Source of the DNA: Trueperaceae bacterium
GTDB lineage: Bacteria; Deinococcota; Deinococci; Deinococcales; Trueperaceae
Reading direction: 5' to 3'
NCBI GenBank assembly: GCA_034520945.1
Contig: JAXHNB010000005.1
Coordinates: 64,001 to 128,000, forward strand
DNA: 64,000 bases
Under the pieces are notes generated by a model that saw only the letters and a program-made list of their open reading frames with translations, did not search any database and was not told the DNA's origin. Position numbers and translations under genes: made by a program. Below, in pieces: positions 1 through 13,444 of the stretch; position 1 is the first letter of the stretch, and the number at the start of each line of letters is the position of its first letter.

Positions 1-1516
1 GGCGGAAGAGGCGCGTGACGACGCCTTGGCCGAGCGAGACGCGGCAGCGGCCGAGCGTGACCGGATCCAAGCCGAGGGGGAGGAGCTGCGCGACGAGGTG
101 GCGTCCCTGCAAGACGAACTGGCGACGATCCAAGACGAGCTGCAGGCGGCGCAGGAGGAGCTAACCACCGTGCGCGAAGACCTGCAGGCGGCCCGTGACG
201 AGCGTGATGCGGCCAGGCAGGACGCGCAGGACGCCCGTAACGACGTGCAGGCGGCCGAAGCCGAAGCCCAGACCCTGCAGGATCGTGTCACCGAGGTTCA
301 GGCCGAGCTGGACGCGTCGAACGAGCGATTGGACGCCATTCAGGACGAGTTGACGGTGGCCGAGAGCCGGGTCGAGGAGGCCCAGGCCAACCTCCAGGCG
401 GCCCAGGAGGCCCGGGACGCGGCGCTGATGGAACGGGATGCGGCGCTGACCGCGCGCGACGAGGCTTTGGACGCTCGCGACGCCGCCCGCGCCGCGGAGG
501 CCGAGGCCCTGCAAGCGCGCGACGCCGCCATCGCCGAGCGGGACGCGGCGCTGGGCGAACGCGACGAGGCGCTGGCCGAGCGGGACGCGGCCGAGTCGGC
601 GGCGTTGGCTGCGCGCGAGACCATCGCGCAGCTGCAGGACGCGATCACGGTCCTGGAGGAGGAGGGGAACCTACTCGAACGCGAGACCGCCGAACTGCGG
701 GAGCAGAACGAATCCCTCACGGCGCAGAACCAGTCGCTGGAGCAGGCCAACGCCGAGTTGGCCAGCCGCAACGAGGGCCTGGAGACGCTCAACGAGAACC
801 TCGAGACGCGCATCCGCGAGGCCAGCGACCGCGCCACCGAACTCCAGGAGCAGGTGTCCAGCCTCACGCTGCGCCTGGAGGAACAGTCGCGCCGCCTGGC
901 CGAGATGCAACGCGAGTTCGACCGCGCCGCGCGTGGCGACGTGACGTTCGAAACGGGCGAACTGATCTACAGCAGCTCCATCGACGCCGACACCGCGAGC
1001 GAAGCGCGCGAAGCGCTGTCCCGCTTCGTACGCGAGGCCAGCGCCCTCACCGCACGCCGGGGCGCGGGCGAGGTGGTGCTCCGCTCCGACCAGGTCGAGA
1101 TCCTGGTGGACGCCATCACGCAGACGCCCGGCTCGGACCTGGTCCGCTTCCTCTCGCCCCGCAATCAGTTCAGCCCCGTCGAGGTCGAAGTCACCATCGA
1201 AGCGTTCGAGAACGACCTCGTCGTGGTGGCGGGCCGGTTGCTGGTGAGCCGGCACGTCCACCTGGGCAGCGACGAACTCCCCATCAGCCAGTCGGAGCTC
1301 CGCTCGGCGCTGTCGAGCCTGAAGGGCGAAGCGCTGGTGGCCCTGCGGCGCGCCGGCCTCGACGAGTTCCAGCTGCCCCGCTATCCGACCCTCAGCGAAG
1401 AGGTGTTCGCCAGCCTGCTGTTGCGCCGCACGGGCCCCGCCAGCATCGGAGTGATGGTCCTAGGCGACGTGTACCGCAGCGGACCGGCGGACCTGGAATT
1501 GGTGGTGCTCGATTGA
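1..1516 (+). CDS. Long coiled-coil protein, DUF3084-like (5' end lies upstream of the window)
   Basis: The reading frame is open from the window edge. It has ~300 aa of acidic/Ala heptad coiled coil (ARDAALx/ERDAALx repeats) followed by a globular C-terminal region resembling DUF3084 proteins. Confidence 0.7.
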   Translation, partial: AEEARDDALAERDAAAAERDRIQAEGEELRDEVASLQDELATIQDELQAAQEELTTVREDLQAARDERDAARQDAQDARNDVQAAEAEAQTLQDRVTEVQAELDASNERLDAIQDELTVAESRVEEAQANLQAAQEARDAALMERDAALTARDEALDARDAARAAEAEALQARDAAIAERDAALGERDEALAERDAAESAALAARETIAQLQDAITVLEEEGNLLERETAELREQNESLTAQNQSLEQANAELASRNEGLETLNENLETRIREASDRATELQEQVSSLTLRLEEQSRRLAEMQREFDRAARGDVTFETGELIYSSSIDADTASEAREALSRFVREASALTARRGAGEVVLRSDQVEILVDAITQTPGSDLVRFLSPRNQFSPVEVEVTIEAFENDLVVVAGRLLVSRHVHLGSDELPISQSELRSALSSLKGEALVALRRAGLDEFQLPRYPTLSEEVFASLLLRRTGPASIGVMVLGDVYRSGPADLELVVLD

Positions 1517-1592
1517 GGCGCGTGTGCACGAGGCGGGTGCGCGCGTCGGCCGACCGCGTCGCGCACGCCGAGCGGCGTCGTATGGTCGCATC

Positions 1593-2009
1593 GTGACCCC
1601 GACCTCCGAGCCGACCCGGACCATCCTCGTCGCCGACGACCAGGAAGGACAGCGCGTCCTGATCGACATGCTGCTGTCGCTCGAGGGGTACCGACTGGTC
1701 GCCGTCGAGGACGGCCGAGAGGCCCTCGCTTGGCTGAAGGAGAACACCCCCGACCTGGTGGTGCTGGACGTGAACATGCCCTACGTGGACGGCATCGACG
1801 TGTGCCGCCGCATGAAGGGGGTGTCGCGCCTGGCCGAGGTGCCCGTCGTGGTCCTGACCGCCATGCGGGACGAGGGGACCGAGCAGGCCGTGCGGGCGGC
1901 CGGCGCCGACGTGATGGTGCGGAAGCCGCTGGAGGGCAAGGACTTCCGGAAGCAGGTGAGCCGGCTGTTGTCGCGTCGCGAAGACGGCGACGACGCGGAC
2001 GGAGCGTAG
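1593..2009 (+). CDS. Single-domain response regulator (receiver)
   Basis: Motifs ILVADD, PDLVVLDVNMPYVDG (phospho-Asp), VVVLTA and RKP. GTG start 6 nt after a TATGGT -10 box (leaderless). Confidence 0.9.
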   Translation: MTPTSEPTRTILVADDQEGQRVLIDMLLSLEGYRLVAVEDGREALAWLKENTPDLVVLDVNMPYVDGIDVCRRMKGVSRLAEVPVVVLTAMRDEGTEQAVRAAGADVMVRKPLEGKDFRKQVSRLLSRREDGDDADGA

Positions 2010-2246
2010 CGGCCCCCTGCCCGACGCGAAACGGGGCGGGACGCCCTGCGGCGACGTGATCCGGCCAACGCTCGCCGATCCGGCCGGCGTCCTAGCCTTG
2101 AACACTGCGAGGGTGGTCCGGGCCGTTGGGCCGACGCCCACGACGGCGCGCACGCGATCCTCGGCGCACGAACACCACGACGAAGCTACGGTTTCGACCC
2201 GGACGGTCACGTCGGTGCACCGCCCGGACGAACGAGGAGGTGCTTC

Positions 2247-2660
2247 ATGAGCGCGATGCAACCCCCGGAAGCCCGCCAACTGCAGAAGGAACCCGACGCC
2301 CGCGGGGCCTCCATGGGCGACGCGGCGCTGGAGGGCGTGCGCGGATTCGGCACCCTCCAGGTCGTCCGCGACCGGCAGGGTCGCCGCGTCGCGATGGAAG
2401 GGACATGGCGGCCCGCCGATCCAGACGCCAACGTGGCGCCCCTGGTGACCGCGGCCGGCGCGGACCGCACGATGCGCTACGAGGGGCCGGTCGACGATCC
2501 TCGCGCCTCGGGCCGCCCCGACACCGCCGTCGACGTGCGCATCACCTCGCACGCCGACTACCCCTTCACCGAGGCGCCCGACGGGGAGCACGCGCCGGGC
2601 GGCACGCGACACGTGTTCAACTTCCAGCCCGACGACACGGAACAGCTTCCGGTCGACTGA
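2247..2660 (+). CDS. Hypothetical protein (137 aa)
   Basis: Strong SD GAGGAGG before the ATG and GC3-biased codons; no recognised domain. Confidence 0.6.
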   Translation: MSAMQPPEARQLQKEPDARGASMGDAALEGVRGFGTLQVVRDRQGRRVAMEGTWRPADPDANVAPLVTAAGADRTMRYEGPVDDPRASGRPDTAVDVRITSHADYPFTEAPDGEHAPGGTRHVFNFQPDDTEQLPVD

Positions 2661-2730
2661 GACGAGCTGCGCCGCGCGTGCCCCGCCCGCCCCCACCGGC
2701 GGGCACGGCACGCGGTCCGTCCCAGCGGCC

Positions 2731-3543
2731 CTACGCCTCCCGGGTCCAGTTGCGCCGCTGACGACGCGCCTCGAACAGCATCAGCGCGCCGGTCACCGAC
2801 ACGTTCAGGCTGTCGGCCGCGCCCGTCATCGGGACGCCCACCCGGGCGTCCGCCGCGCCTGCCCACGCCGGGTCGAGCCCCTCGTGCTCCGGCCCCAGCA
2901 CGATCGCCACCGCACCGCGCAGATCGGCGTCCCAGTAGGGCGTAGCGGCGGTGGGTACCGTGGCCAGCACGCGTAGGCCGCGGCGGCGAAGCCAGGCCCG
3001 CGCGGCTTCGGGGGGAAGGTCCAGCACGGGACACGCGAACACGCTGCCCATGCTGGCGCGCACCACGCCGGGGTTCCACGGGTCGGTGCCGCCGCCGCTC
3101 ACCACCATGGCGTCGGCGCCGGCGGCGTCGGCCGAGCGCAGCAGCGCCCCCAGGTTGCCGGGCTTCTCGAGGCCGGCCGCGACCACCACCAACGCATCAA
3201 AGGGCAGAAGCAGGTCCGGCGACGCCACCGGTGGGCGGATCAGGCACGCCACCCCGTCCGGCCCCTGGCGTTGGCTCAGGCGCGCGAAGGCGGCCAATGA
3301 TACCTCCGTGACCGGGACGCCCGCGGCATGAAGTCGGCCGGGAAGGGCCGTGCCCTCCCCCCGCAGCAGGGCGGTGCACACGAACGCCTCGCGGACCTCG
3401 ACGCCGGCGCCCAGGGCCCGCCCGGTCTCGCGCGCGCCCTCCACCAGCGTCACGCCGCTCCGTGTGCGTTCGCGGCGCGACCGCAGCCGCACCAACGCCT
3501 TGATGCGGGGGTTCTTCGGGCTCTCGATGGCGTCGGGCGGCAC
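2731..3543 (-). CDS. TrmH/SpoU family RNA methyltransferase
   Basis: Motifs IESPKNPRIK, EKPGNLGALLRSADAAG, VVRASMGS, LGPEHEGL, PMTGAADSLNVS. Confidence 0.92.
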   Translation of the reverse strand: MPPDAIESPKNPRIKALVRLRSRRERTRSGVTLVEGARETGRALGAGVEVREAFVCTALLRGEGTALPGRLHAAGVPVTEVSLAAFARLSQRQGPDGVACLIRPPVASPDLLLPFDALVVVAAGLEKPGNLGALLRSADAAGADAMVVSGGGTDPWNPGVVRASMGSVFACPVLDLPPEAARAWLRRRGLRVLATVPTAATPYWDADLRGAVAIVLGPEHEGLDPAWAGAADARVGVPMTGAADSLNVSVTGALMLFEARRQRRNWTREA

Positions 3544-3604
3544 CCGCGTATGCTACCCGCGGCGCCCCGACCGAGCCGCGCGCGAGGGACGCTACAGTAG
3601 GGCC

Positions 3605-4450
3605 ATGTCCAACCTGATCGACGTCGCCGCGCTCGAGGGACGACTGGGAGACGACGGTCTCCGCGTCCTGGACGTGCGCTTCGACCTGGCCGACCCGGCG
3701 GCCGGCCGGGCCGCCTACGACGCCGGACACCTCCCCGGCGCGATCTACCTGCACCTGGACGACGACCTGTCCGGCCGTACGGCGCCGGACGGTCGGGGCG
3801 GCCGCCACCCGCTGCCCGACCCGCAGGCGTTGGCGGCGCGCCTCGGGGCGCTGGGCGTCGGCGCGGCGCACGAGGTGGTGGCGTACGACGACGGTGGGGG
3901 CGCCATCGCGGCGCGGGCGTGGTGGCTGCTGCGTTGGATCGGACACCCACGGGTGCGCGTGCTGGACGGTGGGTTCGCGGCATGGCGGGCCGCTGGCGGC
4001 GCGGTGGACGCCGCCGCGCCGAGCTACCCGCCGGCGACGCTGGAGGCGCGCCCCGACCCGGCGATGGTGGTCGACGCCGACTGGGTACGGGCCCATCTCG
4101 GCGAGGCGGGCACCACGCTGGTCGACGCGCGGGCACCGGAGCGCTACCGCGGCACGCACGAACCGATCGATCCCGTCGCCGGGCACGTCCCAGGGGCCGT
4201 CAACCTTCCCTACGCCGACAACCTGGTCGGCGGCCGCTTCGCGGCGGCCGAGGCGCTGCGCAGGCGCTTCGCGCCCGTCGCCGCGGCGGACACGGTGGTG
4301 GTGTACTGCGGATCGGGCGTGACCGCCGCGCACGACGCCTTGGCGATGGAGGAGGCGGGCCTGGGCCTGCCGCGCCTCTACGCCGGCTCGTGGAGCGACT
4401 GGTGCAGCCGCGACGACGTCCCCGTGGCGCGGGCCGACGAACCGGCCTGA
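3605..4450 (+). CDS. Tandem rhodanese sulfurtransferase (SseA/3-mercaptopyruvate sulfurtransferase family)
   Basis: Motifs GHLPGA, GRHPLP, LDGG, DAR..RY, GHVPGA, catalytic YCGSGVTA, LYAGSWSDW. ATG 6 nt after TACAGT. Confidence 0.92.
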   Translation: MSNLIDVAALEGRLGDDGLRVLDVRFDLADPAAGRAAYDAGHLPGAIYLHLDDDLSGRTAPDGRGGRHPLPDPQALAARLGALGVGAAHEVVAYDDGGGAIAARAWWLLRWIGHPRVRVLDGGFAAWRAAGGAVDAAAPSYPPATLEARPDPAMVVDADWVRAHLGEAGTTLVDARAPERYRGTHEPIDPVAGHVPGAVNLPYADNLVGGRFAAAEALRRRFAPVAAADTVVVYCGSGVTAAHDALAMEEAGLGLPRLYAGSWSDWCSRDDVPVARADEPA

Positions 4451-4527
4451 GGGACGCGCGCTGCAGGGTCTGCACACGGACCTCACCCGCACGTCTTGTA
4501 CGCTCGGGGCATGCGAAGGGACCTGCC

Positions 4528-5211
4528 GTGAACGACCCGGAACCGCCGCGTCTGCCCGGCCTCGGCTGGTTGCGCGAACCCATCAACGCCCTCACGCACG
4601 GCGTGGGCGTGATCCTGGGCCTGGTGGGCCTGGTGGCGTTGATCGTGCTGGCGGACGGCGAGCCGTGGCGCCTGGCCAGCAGCGTCGTCTACGGTGTCAG
4701 CCTGGTGGTGCTGTTCCTGGCCAGCACGCTGTTGCACGCCGTCCGCGCCTCGCCCGGCGTGCTGCGGTTGCTGCGGCTGTTCGACCATGCCGCCATCTTC
4801 GTGCTGATCGCTGGCAGCTACACGCCGATCACGCTCGTCACCCTGCAGGAGCAGAACCCGACGTTGGCGTGGACCCTGTTCGCCGTCGCGTGGGGGTTCG
4901 CGCTGTTGGGGGTGGCGTTCAAGCTGGTCTGGATCGGCGCGCCACGCTGGGTGTCTACGGGTCTGTACCTCGCCATGGGGTGGCTGGCGGTGGTGGCCAT
5001 CGGCCCGCTGGTGTCCGCCATGCCGGCGCCCGGCCTGGCGTGGCTGATCGCGGGCGGGGTGGCCTACACGGTGGGCGCGGTGGTGTACGCACGCAAGCGG
5101 CCCGATCCGATCCCGCAGGTGTTCGGGTATCACGAACTGTGGCACCTGTTCGTCCTGGCCGGCAGCGCCTGTCACTACGTGCTGATCGCCCGCTACGTGG
5201 TGGCGGCGTGA
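4528..5211 (+). CDS. Hemolysin III/PAQR family membrane protein (TrhA-like)
   Basis: Motifs EPINALTHG, ASTLLH, DHAAIFVLIAGSYTP, YHELWHLFV; about 7 TM segments. Confidence 0.9.
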   Translation: MNDPEPPRLPGLGWLREPINALTHGVGVILGLVGLVALIVLADGEPWRLASSVVYGVSLVVLFLASTLLHAVRASPGVLRLLRLFDHAAIFVLIAGSYTPITLVTLQEQNPTLAWTLFAVAWGFALLGVAFKLVWIGAPRWVSTGLYLAMGWLAVVAIGPLVSAMPAPGLAWLIAGGVAYTVGAVVYARKRPDPIPQVFGYHELWHLFVLAGSACHYVLIARYVVAA

Positions 5212-5819
5212 GCGAGGCGGGCCCCGCGCAGACAGGCATCGCGCGGTGCCCGTGGGCCGAGGGCGACGCCCTGATGGCCGCCTACCACGACAGCGAGTGG
5301 GGTGTGCCCCTGTACGACCCGCGCCGCACCTTCGAGTTCCTGGTGCTCGAGACCTTCCAGGCCGGCCTGTCCTGGCGGGTCGTCCTGCACAAGCGGGAGG
5401 CGTTCCGAGATGCGTTCGCCGACTTCGATCCCGAGCGGGTCGCCGCCTTCGGGCCCGACGAGGTGACGCGGATGATGGGCGACGCCTCGCTGATCCGCAA
5501 CCGCGCCAAGCTCGAGGCCGCCATCGCCAACGCCCGAGCGTTCGTGGCGATGGAAGAAGGCCCGAGGTTCGTTCCACACGCTTGGTCGTTCGTGGGTGGC
5601 GCACCGATCGTGCACCGCTTCGAACGGCCCGAGGAGGTGCCGGCCACCACGCCCGAAGCCGAGGCGTGGGCGCGCGACCTGAAGCGCCGCGGGTTTCGGT
5701 TCGTGGGACCGACGGTGGCGTATGCCCACATGCAGGCGACCGGCATGGTCAACGACCATCTCGTCACGTGCCCGCGCCACGCCGAGGTGGCGGCGATGGC
5801 GGCGGGGGTGCCGACGTGA
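5208..5819 (+). CDS. tag: DNA-3-methyladenine glycosylase I
   Basis: Motifs RCPW, YHDSEWGVP, LETFQAGLSW, IRNRAK, GFRFVGPT, GMVNDHLVTC. GTG overlaps the upstream stop (GTGA). Confidence 0.93.
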   Translation: MSEAGPAQTGIARCPWAEGDALMAAYHDSEWGVPLYDPRRTFEFLVLETFQAGLSWRVVLHKREAFRDAFADFDPERVAAFGPDEVTRMMGDASLIRNRAKLEAAIANARAFVAMEEGPRFVPHAWSFVGGAPIVHRFERPEEVPATTPEAEAWARDLKRRGFRFVGPTVAYAHMQATGMVNDHLVTCPRHAEVAAMAAGVPT

Positions 5820-6073
5820 AGGACGAGGCGCGCCGTACCTACCGGGGGTTCTCGACCTTCTTCCTGGCGACCGGGGCGGTGTTCCTGGGGTTGAGCATGC
5901 TTCGGTTCACGCCCATTTCGTCGGGTTTGCGGGGCGATCCGCTGTGGGTGGCGCTGCTGCTGATCGGCATCGGGGGCCTGCTGCGGTGGACGGTGCGCAG
6001 GCGCCCCCATGAGGACGCCGAGCCCGAAGCGACGCCCGACGACGCGAACGGCGGCCAAGACAAGGAGCGCTGA
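5816..6073 (+). CDS. Small two-TM membrane protein
   Basis: GTG overlaps the tag stop; two hydrophobic segments then an acidic tail. Confidence 0.6.
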   Translation: MKDEARRTYRGFSTFFLATGAVFLGLSMLRFTPISSGLRGDPLWVALLLIGIGGLLRWTVRRRPHEDAEPEATPDDANGGQDKER

Positions 6074-6104
6074 CGCGCCGGCGCGCACGGGTATCCTGTC
6101 GCGC

Positions 6105-6845
6105 ATGCGGGTGTCGGTCGAGCTCATCCCCCGAAGCGTCGAGGCGATGAACGCGCAGTTGGACGAGGTCCAGGCGTTCGCCCGCGTCGACACCATCAAC
6201 GTGCCCGACATCCTGCGCTTCGAGCTGCGCGCCTGGGATGCCTGCGGCCTGGCGCGCGGGCGAGGGTACCGGGCGGTGCCGCACCTGCGCGCCATCGACG
6301 TCGACCCCGGTGCGCCGCTTCCGTTCGCGGAAAGCCTGGACACGCACGGCCTCGACGAGGTCCTGGTGATCGCCGGGGACGCGCCACCCGACATGTCGAA
6401 GCAGGTGTTCGAGACCAGCAGCGAGGCGCTGATCCGGCGCCTCAAGCGGGAACGGCCGCACCTGCGTGTCTACGCGGCGTTGGACCCGTATCGCCAAGGC
6501 TTCATCGCCGAGCGCGACTACCTGCTGCGCAAGCTCGACGCCGGCGCCGACGGGCTGTTCACGCAGCCGTTCTTCGACCTTCGCCTGTTGGAGGTGTGGG
6601 GCGACCTGTTGGCCCCCTTGGGCGTCCCCGTGTTCTGGGGGGCGACCAGCGTGACGACGACGAAGTCGGCCCGCTACTGGACCACGCGCAACCGCGCGGT
6701 GCTGCCCGCCTCGTTCGCGCCGACGCTGGCGCACAGCCGCGAGCTGGCGGGCGGCATCCTGTCGTTCGCGGCGGCACGCGACGACAACGTCTACTTCATG
6801 CCGATCCGCGCGTCGAGCCGCGCCTACCTGGAGGGGATCCTGTGA
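6105..6845 (+). CDS. metF: Methylenetetrahydrofolate reductase (short form)
   Basis: Motifs VSVELIP, INVPD, PHLRAID, LVIAGD, KLDAGADGLFTQPFFD. ATG 7 nt after TATCCT; metH is nearby. Confidence 0.8.
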   Translation: MRVSVELIPRSVEAMNAQLDEVQAFARVDTINVPDILRFELRAWDACGLARGRGYRAVPHLRAIDVDPGAPLPFAESLDTHGLDEVLVIAGDAPPDMSKQVFETSSEALIRRLKRERPHLRVYAALDPYRQGFIAERDYLLRKLDAGADGLFTQPFFDLRLLEVWGDLLAPLGVPVFWGATSVTTTKSARYWTTRNRAVLPASFAPTLAHSRELAGGILSFAAARDDNVYFMPIRASSRAYLEGIL

Positions 6846-6869
6846 TCACAGGCGCGGCGGGACGCCCGG

Positions 6870-7625
6870 CTACGCCTCGGCGTCGCCGGCGTCCGCGTAC
6901 GGTTTGCGCAGCTTGACCGGTTCACGGCGCGCCCGGATGCGCAGGTTGATGGTCTCGACGAACACGCTGAAGCCCATCGCGAAGTAGATGTAGCCCTTGG
7001 GGATGTGCTGCCCCAGGCCGTCGGCGACCAGCGTCATGCCGATCAGCAACAGGAACGACAGCGCCAGGATCTTGACGGTGGGGTGCCCCTCCACGAAGGT
7101 GCTGATCGGGCCCGCCGTGAACAGCATCACGCTCACCGCCGCCATGACGGCGATGATCATCACCGGCAGGTGGTCGGTCATGCCCACGGCGGTGATCACC
7201 GAGTCCAGGCTGAACACGGCGTCCAGCAACAGGATCTGAACGATCACGCCCATGAACGTGGCGCCGGCGCGCGCGTCTCCGTGGCCCTCCTCGCCCTCCA
7301 GCTTGTCGTGGATCTCGAAGGTGGCCTTGGCCAGCAGGAACAGGCCGCCCATGATCAGGATCAGGCTGCGGCCGCTGAAGTCCTGGCCCAGCAGCGAGAA
7401 CCACGGCTCGGTCAACTGCACGATCCAGGCGATGGAGAACAGCAGCGCGATGCGCATGCCCATCGCCAGCAGCAGGCCGATCGTGCGCGCGCGGGCCTGC
7501 TGGTGCTCGGGCAGCTTCCCGCTGAGGATCGAGATGAACACGATGTTGTCGATGCCGAGCACCAGCTCCAGCGCCGTGAGGGCGGCCAGCGCGATCCAGG
7601 CGTCGGGTGAGGCCATCCATTCCAT
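6870..7625 (-). CDS. TerC family membrane protein
   Basis: Motifs LELVLGIDN, LLDAVFSLDSVITAVG, HPTVKILALSFLLLIG, KGYIYFAM. Alternative start at 7637. Confidence 0.92.
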   Translation of the reverse strand: MEWMASPDAWIALAALTALELVLGIDNIVFISILSGKLPEHQQARARTIGLLLAMGMRIALLFSIAWIVQLTEPWFSLLGQDFSGRSLILIMGGLFLLAKATFEIHDKLEGEEGHGDARAGATFMGVIVQILLLDAVFSLDSVITAVGMTDHLPVMIIAVMAAVSVMLFTAGPISTFVEGHPTVKILALSFLLLIGMTLVADGLGQHIPKGYIYFAMGFSVFVETINLRIRARREPVKLRKPYADAGDAEA

Positions 7626-7792
7626 GCCCGCGGTCATACCACGACGCGGCGTGACCTCGACGACCGTTCATGCCGGTGTCGCCGCGCACACGTACCCATG
7701 TGTTGCAGGGTGTATATTCCGTATTCGGTGCTCGTGCCGCGAGCGCCCCGACACCCCAACGATTCCGGCCGTACGGCCGGTGGAGGACACCC

Positions 7793-7993
7793 ATGATCGA
7801 CTACGACCGCATCATGCTTCAAACCCGCCACAATGAGCTCGAGGCCATGGCCGAACGTCACCGCGCCTGGCGCGAAGCCCGCCGCGAACTGGGCGCTCAG
7901 CGCACCCGCGCCCCGGGCCGGCTGCTGGATGGCCTGCGAGGCCTGCGTTCGAACCTGCGTCGCCGCGTGAAGAGGCACCACGCCCCGGCCTGA
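7793..7993 (+). CDS. Small Arg-rich hypothetical protein (66 aa)
   Basis: SD GGAGG at 7782-7786; sequence MIDYDRIMLQTRHNELEAMAERHRAWREARR...; preceded by an AT-rich promoter-like patch. Confidence 0.6.
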   Translation: MIDYDRIMLQTRHNELEAMAERHRAWREARRELGAQRTRAPGRLLDGLRGLRSNLRRRVKRHHAPA

Positions 7994-8009
7994 ACCCCCG
8001 CAACGCGGT

Positions 8010-8693
8010 TCACGAGGCGGAGGGATCCTCCGTCTCGTGCGTTGTCTCGTGCATTCCGCGGCGCCCCGCGCCGTCGCCCGTCCGGCCGGCATCGCCGGCG
8101 CGGACGCGCTGGTAGGCGTCCCGGACCTCCGCGAACAGTTCGCGGCCCAACGGCGTGGACAGGCGGGCGTCGGCCGAGGCGAAGAACTCGTCCAGGCGGC
8201 CCTCCGGCGCCGGCGGGCCCCCGTCCGCGTCCGGCTGGTAGCGCCCCTCGCGCTCGTACGCCAACGCCTGCAAGCACATGTCCAGCAGGTTCATGTCCCG
8301 CACGAACAGCGCCACGTCGTCGCGGCGCGCTTCGTACGCCCGCCAACGCGCCATCGCGCGGGTGCTGGCCGGACCCGGCCAGCTCGACGTCAGGCGCGTC
8401 ATGGCGCGTTCCTCGCGCCGCGCCTTCTCGTGCGCCGGTACCGGCCGTGCGGCCTCGTCCGCCAGGCTGGGCAGATCGCCGGTCTCGGCCTCGGCCAGAT
8501 CGTGCACCAGGGCGATCTCGATCGCCTCGCCGCGGGGCACGCCCGCTTCGTCGGCGAACGTCAGACACAACAACGCCGTGCCCCAGCTGTGGTCGGCGAC
8601 CGACTCGCCGCCGCGCACGCCACGCAGGACCCACCCCGCGCGGGGTTCGTCCTTGAGGCGGTACGCCTGCAACAAATAGTCCAGCGTGGCCAT
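8010..8693 (-). CDS. HD-domain hydrolase (YfbR/HDDC2-like 5'-deoxynucleotidase family)
   Basis: Motifs LK..R.GW, ESVADHSW, VHDLAEAETGD, D..LDMCLQA. Confidence 0.85.
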   Translation of the reverse strand: MATLDYLLQAYRLKDEPRAGWVLRGVRGGESVADHSWGTALLCLTFADEAGVPRGEAIEIALVHDLAEAETGDLPSLADEAARPVPAHEKARREERAMTRLTSSWPGPASTRAMARWRAYEARRDDVALFVRDMNLLDMCLQALAYEREGRYQPDADGGPPAPEGRLDEFFASADARLSTPLGRELFAEVRDAYQRVRAGDAGRTGDGAGRRGMHETTHETEDPSAS

Positions 8694-8730
8694 GGGCGGC
8701 GATGCTAGCAGACGGGCCGGCGGGGCGTCC

Positions 8731-12405
<3,675 letters not shown>

Positions 12406-12487
12406 GGGACCCTCCCTGGGCGCCGGCGCAGGACGTTTCGCGCCGGGAGCCCTCATGGTACCCGCGTCCAAGTGCGCCAGCCGCGCG

Positions 12488-13444
12488 TCAGTCGACGTCG
12501 CGCCGCACGAACGTCACGCTCAGGATCACGCCGAACAGCACCGCGTACCCCGCCATCACGGCGGCGGCGTGGGGCAGCGAGAGGCTCGCCCCGAGCAGTT
12601 GGGCGAGGTCGCCCTGCCCGCCCTCCGCGACCGATTCGCCGAACGTGCGCATCAGATCGCCCACCGGCGTCTTGGCGGGGAGGAGGAGGTTGTCCGTGAA
12701 GAAGTAGCGGGGCAGGTTCTCGAACGTCTCCCGCAGCCGCAACGCCTGGAACGGCGCGTTCAGGCGGGTCAGCGGCTCGAAGCCCACCGTGAGGCGCCAC
12801 ACGCGGTACAAGCCCTCCAGCAGCGCGGGCAGGAAGAAGGTCAGCACGATGCCGAGCGCCACGTTGCGGACCAGGAAGATCAGCAGCGACGCGAACAGCG
12901 TCGCGGCGGTGAGCAGCGCCCACTGCAGCGCGTACAAACCCAGCAGCGAACCCCACGCGCCGGTGAAGTCGGTGGGGAGGAACGCCGTGCCGATCGTGCC
13001 CGCCAGGGCGGCGCACGCCATGGCCCCGGCCAGCATCACGCCCAGCAGCACCTGGATCGCCACGATCTTGCCCCACAGGACCGCCAGCCGGGACGGTTGG
13101 GCCACCAGCGTGGTCTTCCACATGTTCAGGCTGCGCTCCTCGCCGAAAAACACGGCGGCCAGCAGCGCCACCACGATCATGTAGTAGGTGGGGCTGAGGA
13201 ACGCCGGTCCGGTGAGCGCGATTCGGGTCAGCCCGTACGGCGAGGCGAACGCCTGCACGATCGACGCGACGGTGGTGCCGGTCTCGTCCACGAACGAGCC
13301 GGCCAGGTTGGTCTGCACCACCTGCCCCAGCACCAGCGCGAGCACCGGCAGCACGATCCACCACAGGCCGGCCAACACGTAGGTGCGTCGCTTGCGCCGG
13401 GCCTTGAACAGCTCGGCCGCGACGACGCGGAACAGCGCGGTCAC
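12488..13444 (-). CDS. ABC-2 type transporter permease
   Basis: N-terminal AELFK motif, GEE...WKTTL, six TM segments, C-terminal FVRRDVD; coupled to the ATPase gene. Confidence 0.85.
   Translation of the reverse strand: MTALFRVVAAELFKARRKRRTYVLAGLWWIVLPVLALVLGQVVQTNLAGSFVDETGTTVASIVQAFASPYGLTRIALTGPAFLSPTYYMIVVALLAAVFFGEERSLNMWKTTLVAQPSRLAVLWGKIVAIQVLLGVMLAGAMACAALAGTIGTAFLPTDFTGAWGSLLGLYALQWALLTAATLFASLLIFLVRNVALGIVLTFFLPALLEGLYRVWRLTVGFEPLTRLNAPFQALRLRETFENLPRYFFTDNLLLPAKTPVGDLMRTFGESVAEGGQGDLAQLLGASLSLPHAAAVMAGYAVLFGVILSVTFVRRDVD

Noticed and set aside
12406..12487. SAM or cobalamin riboswitch upstream of metH (or metF)
   Set aside because: The metH upstream gap is only ~80 bp with no recognisable aptamer motifs, and metF appears leaderless.
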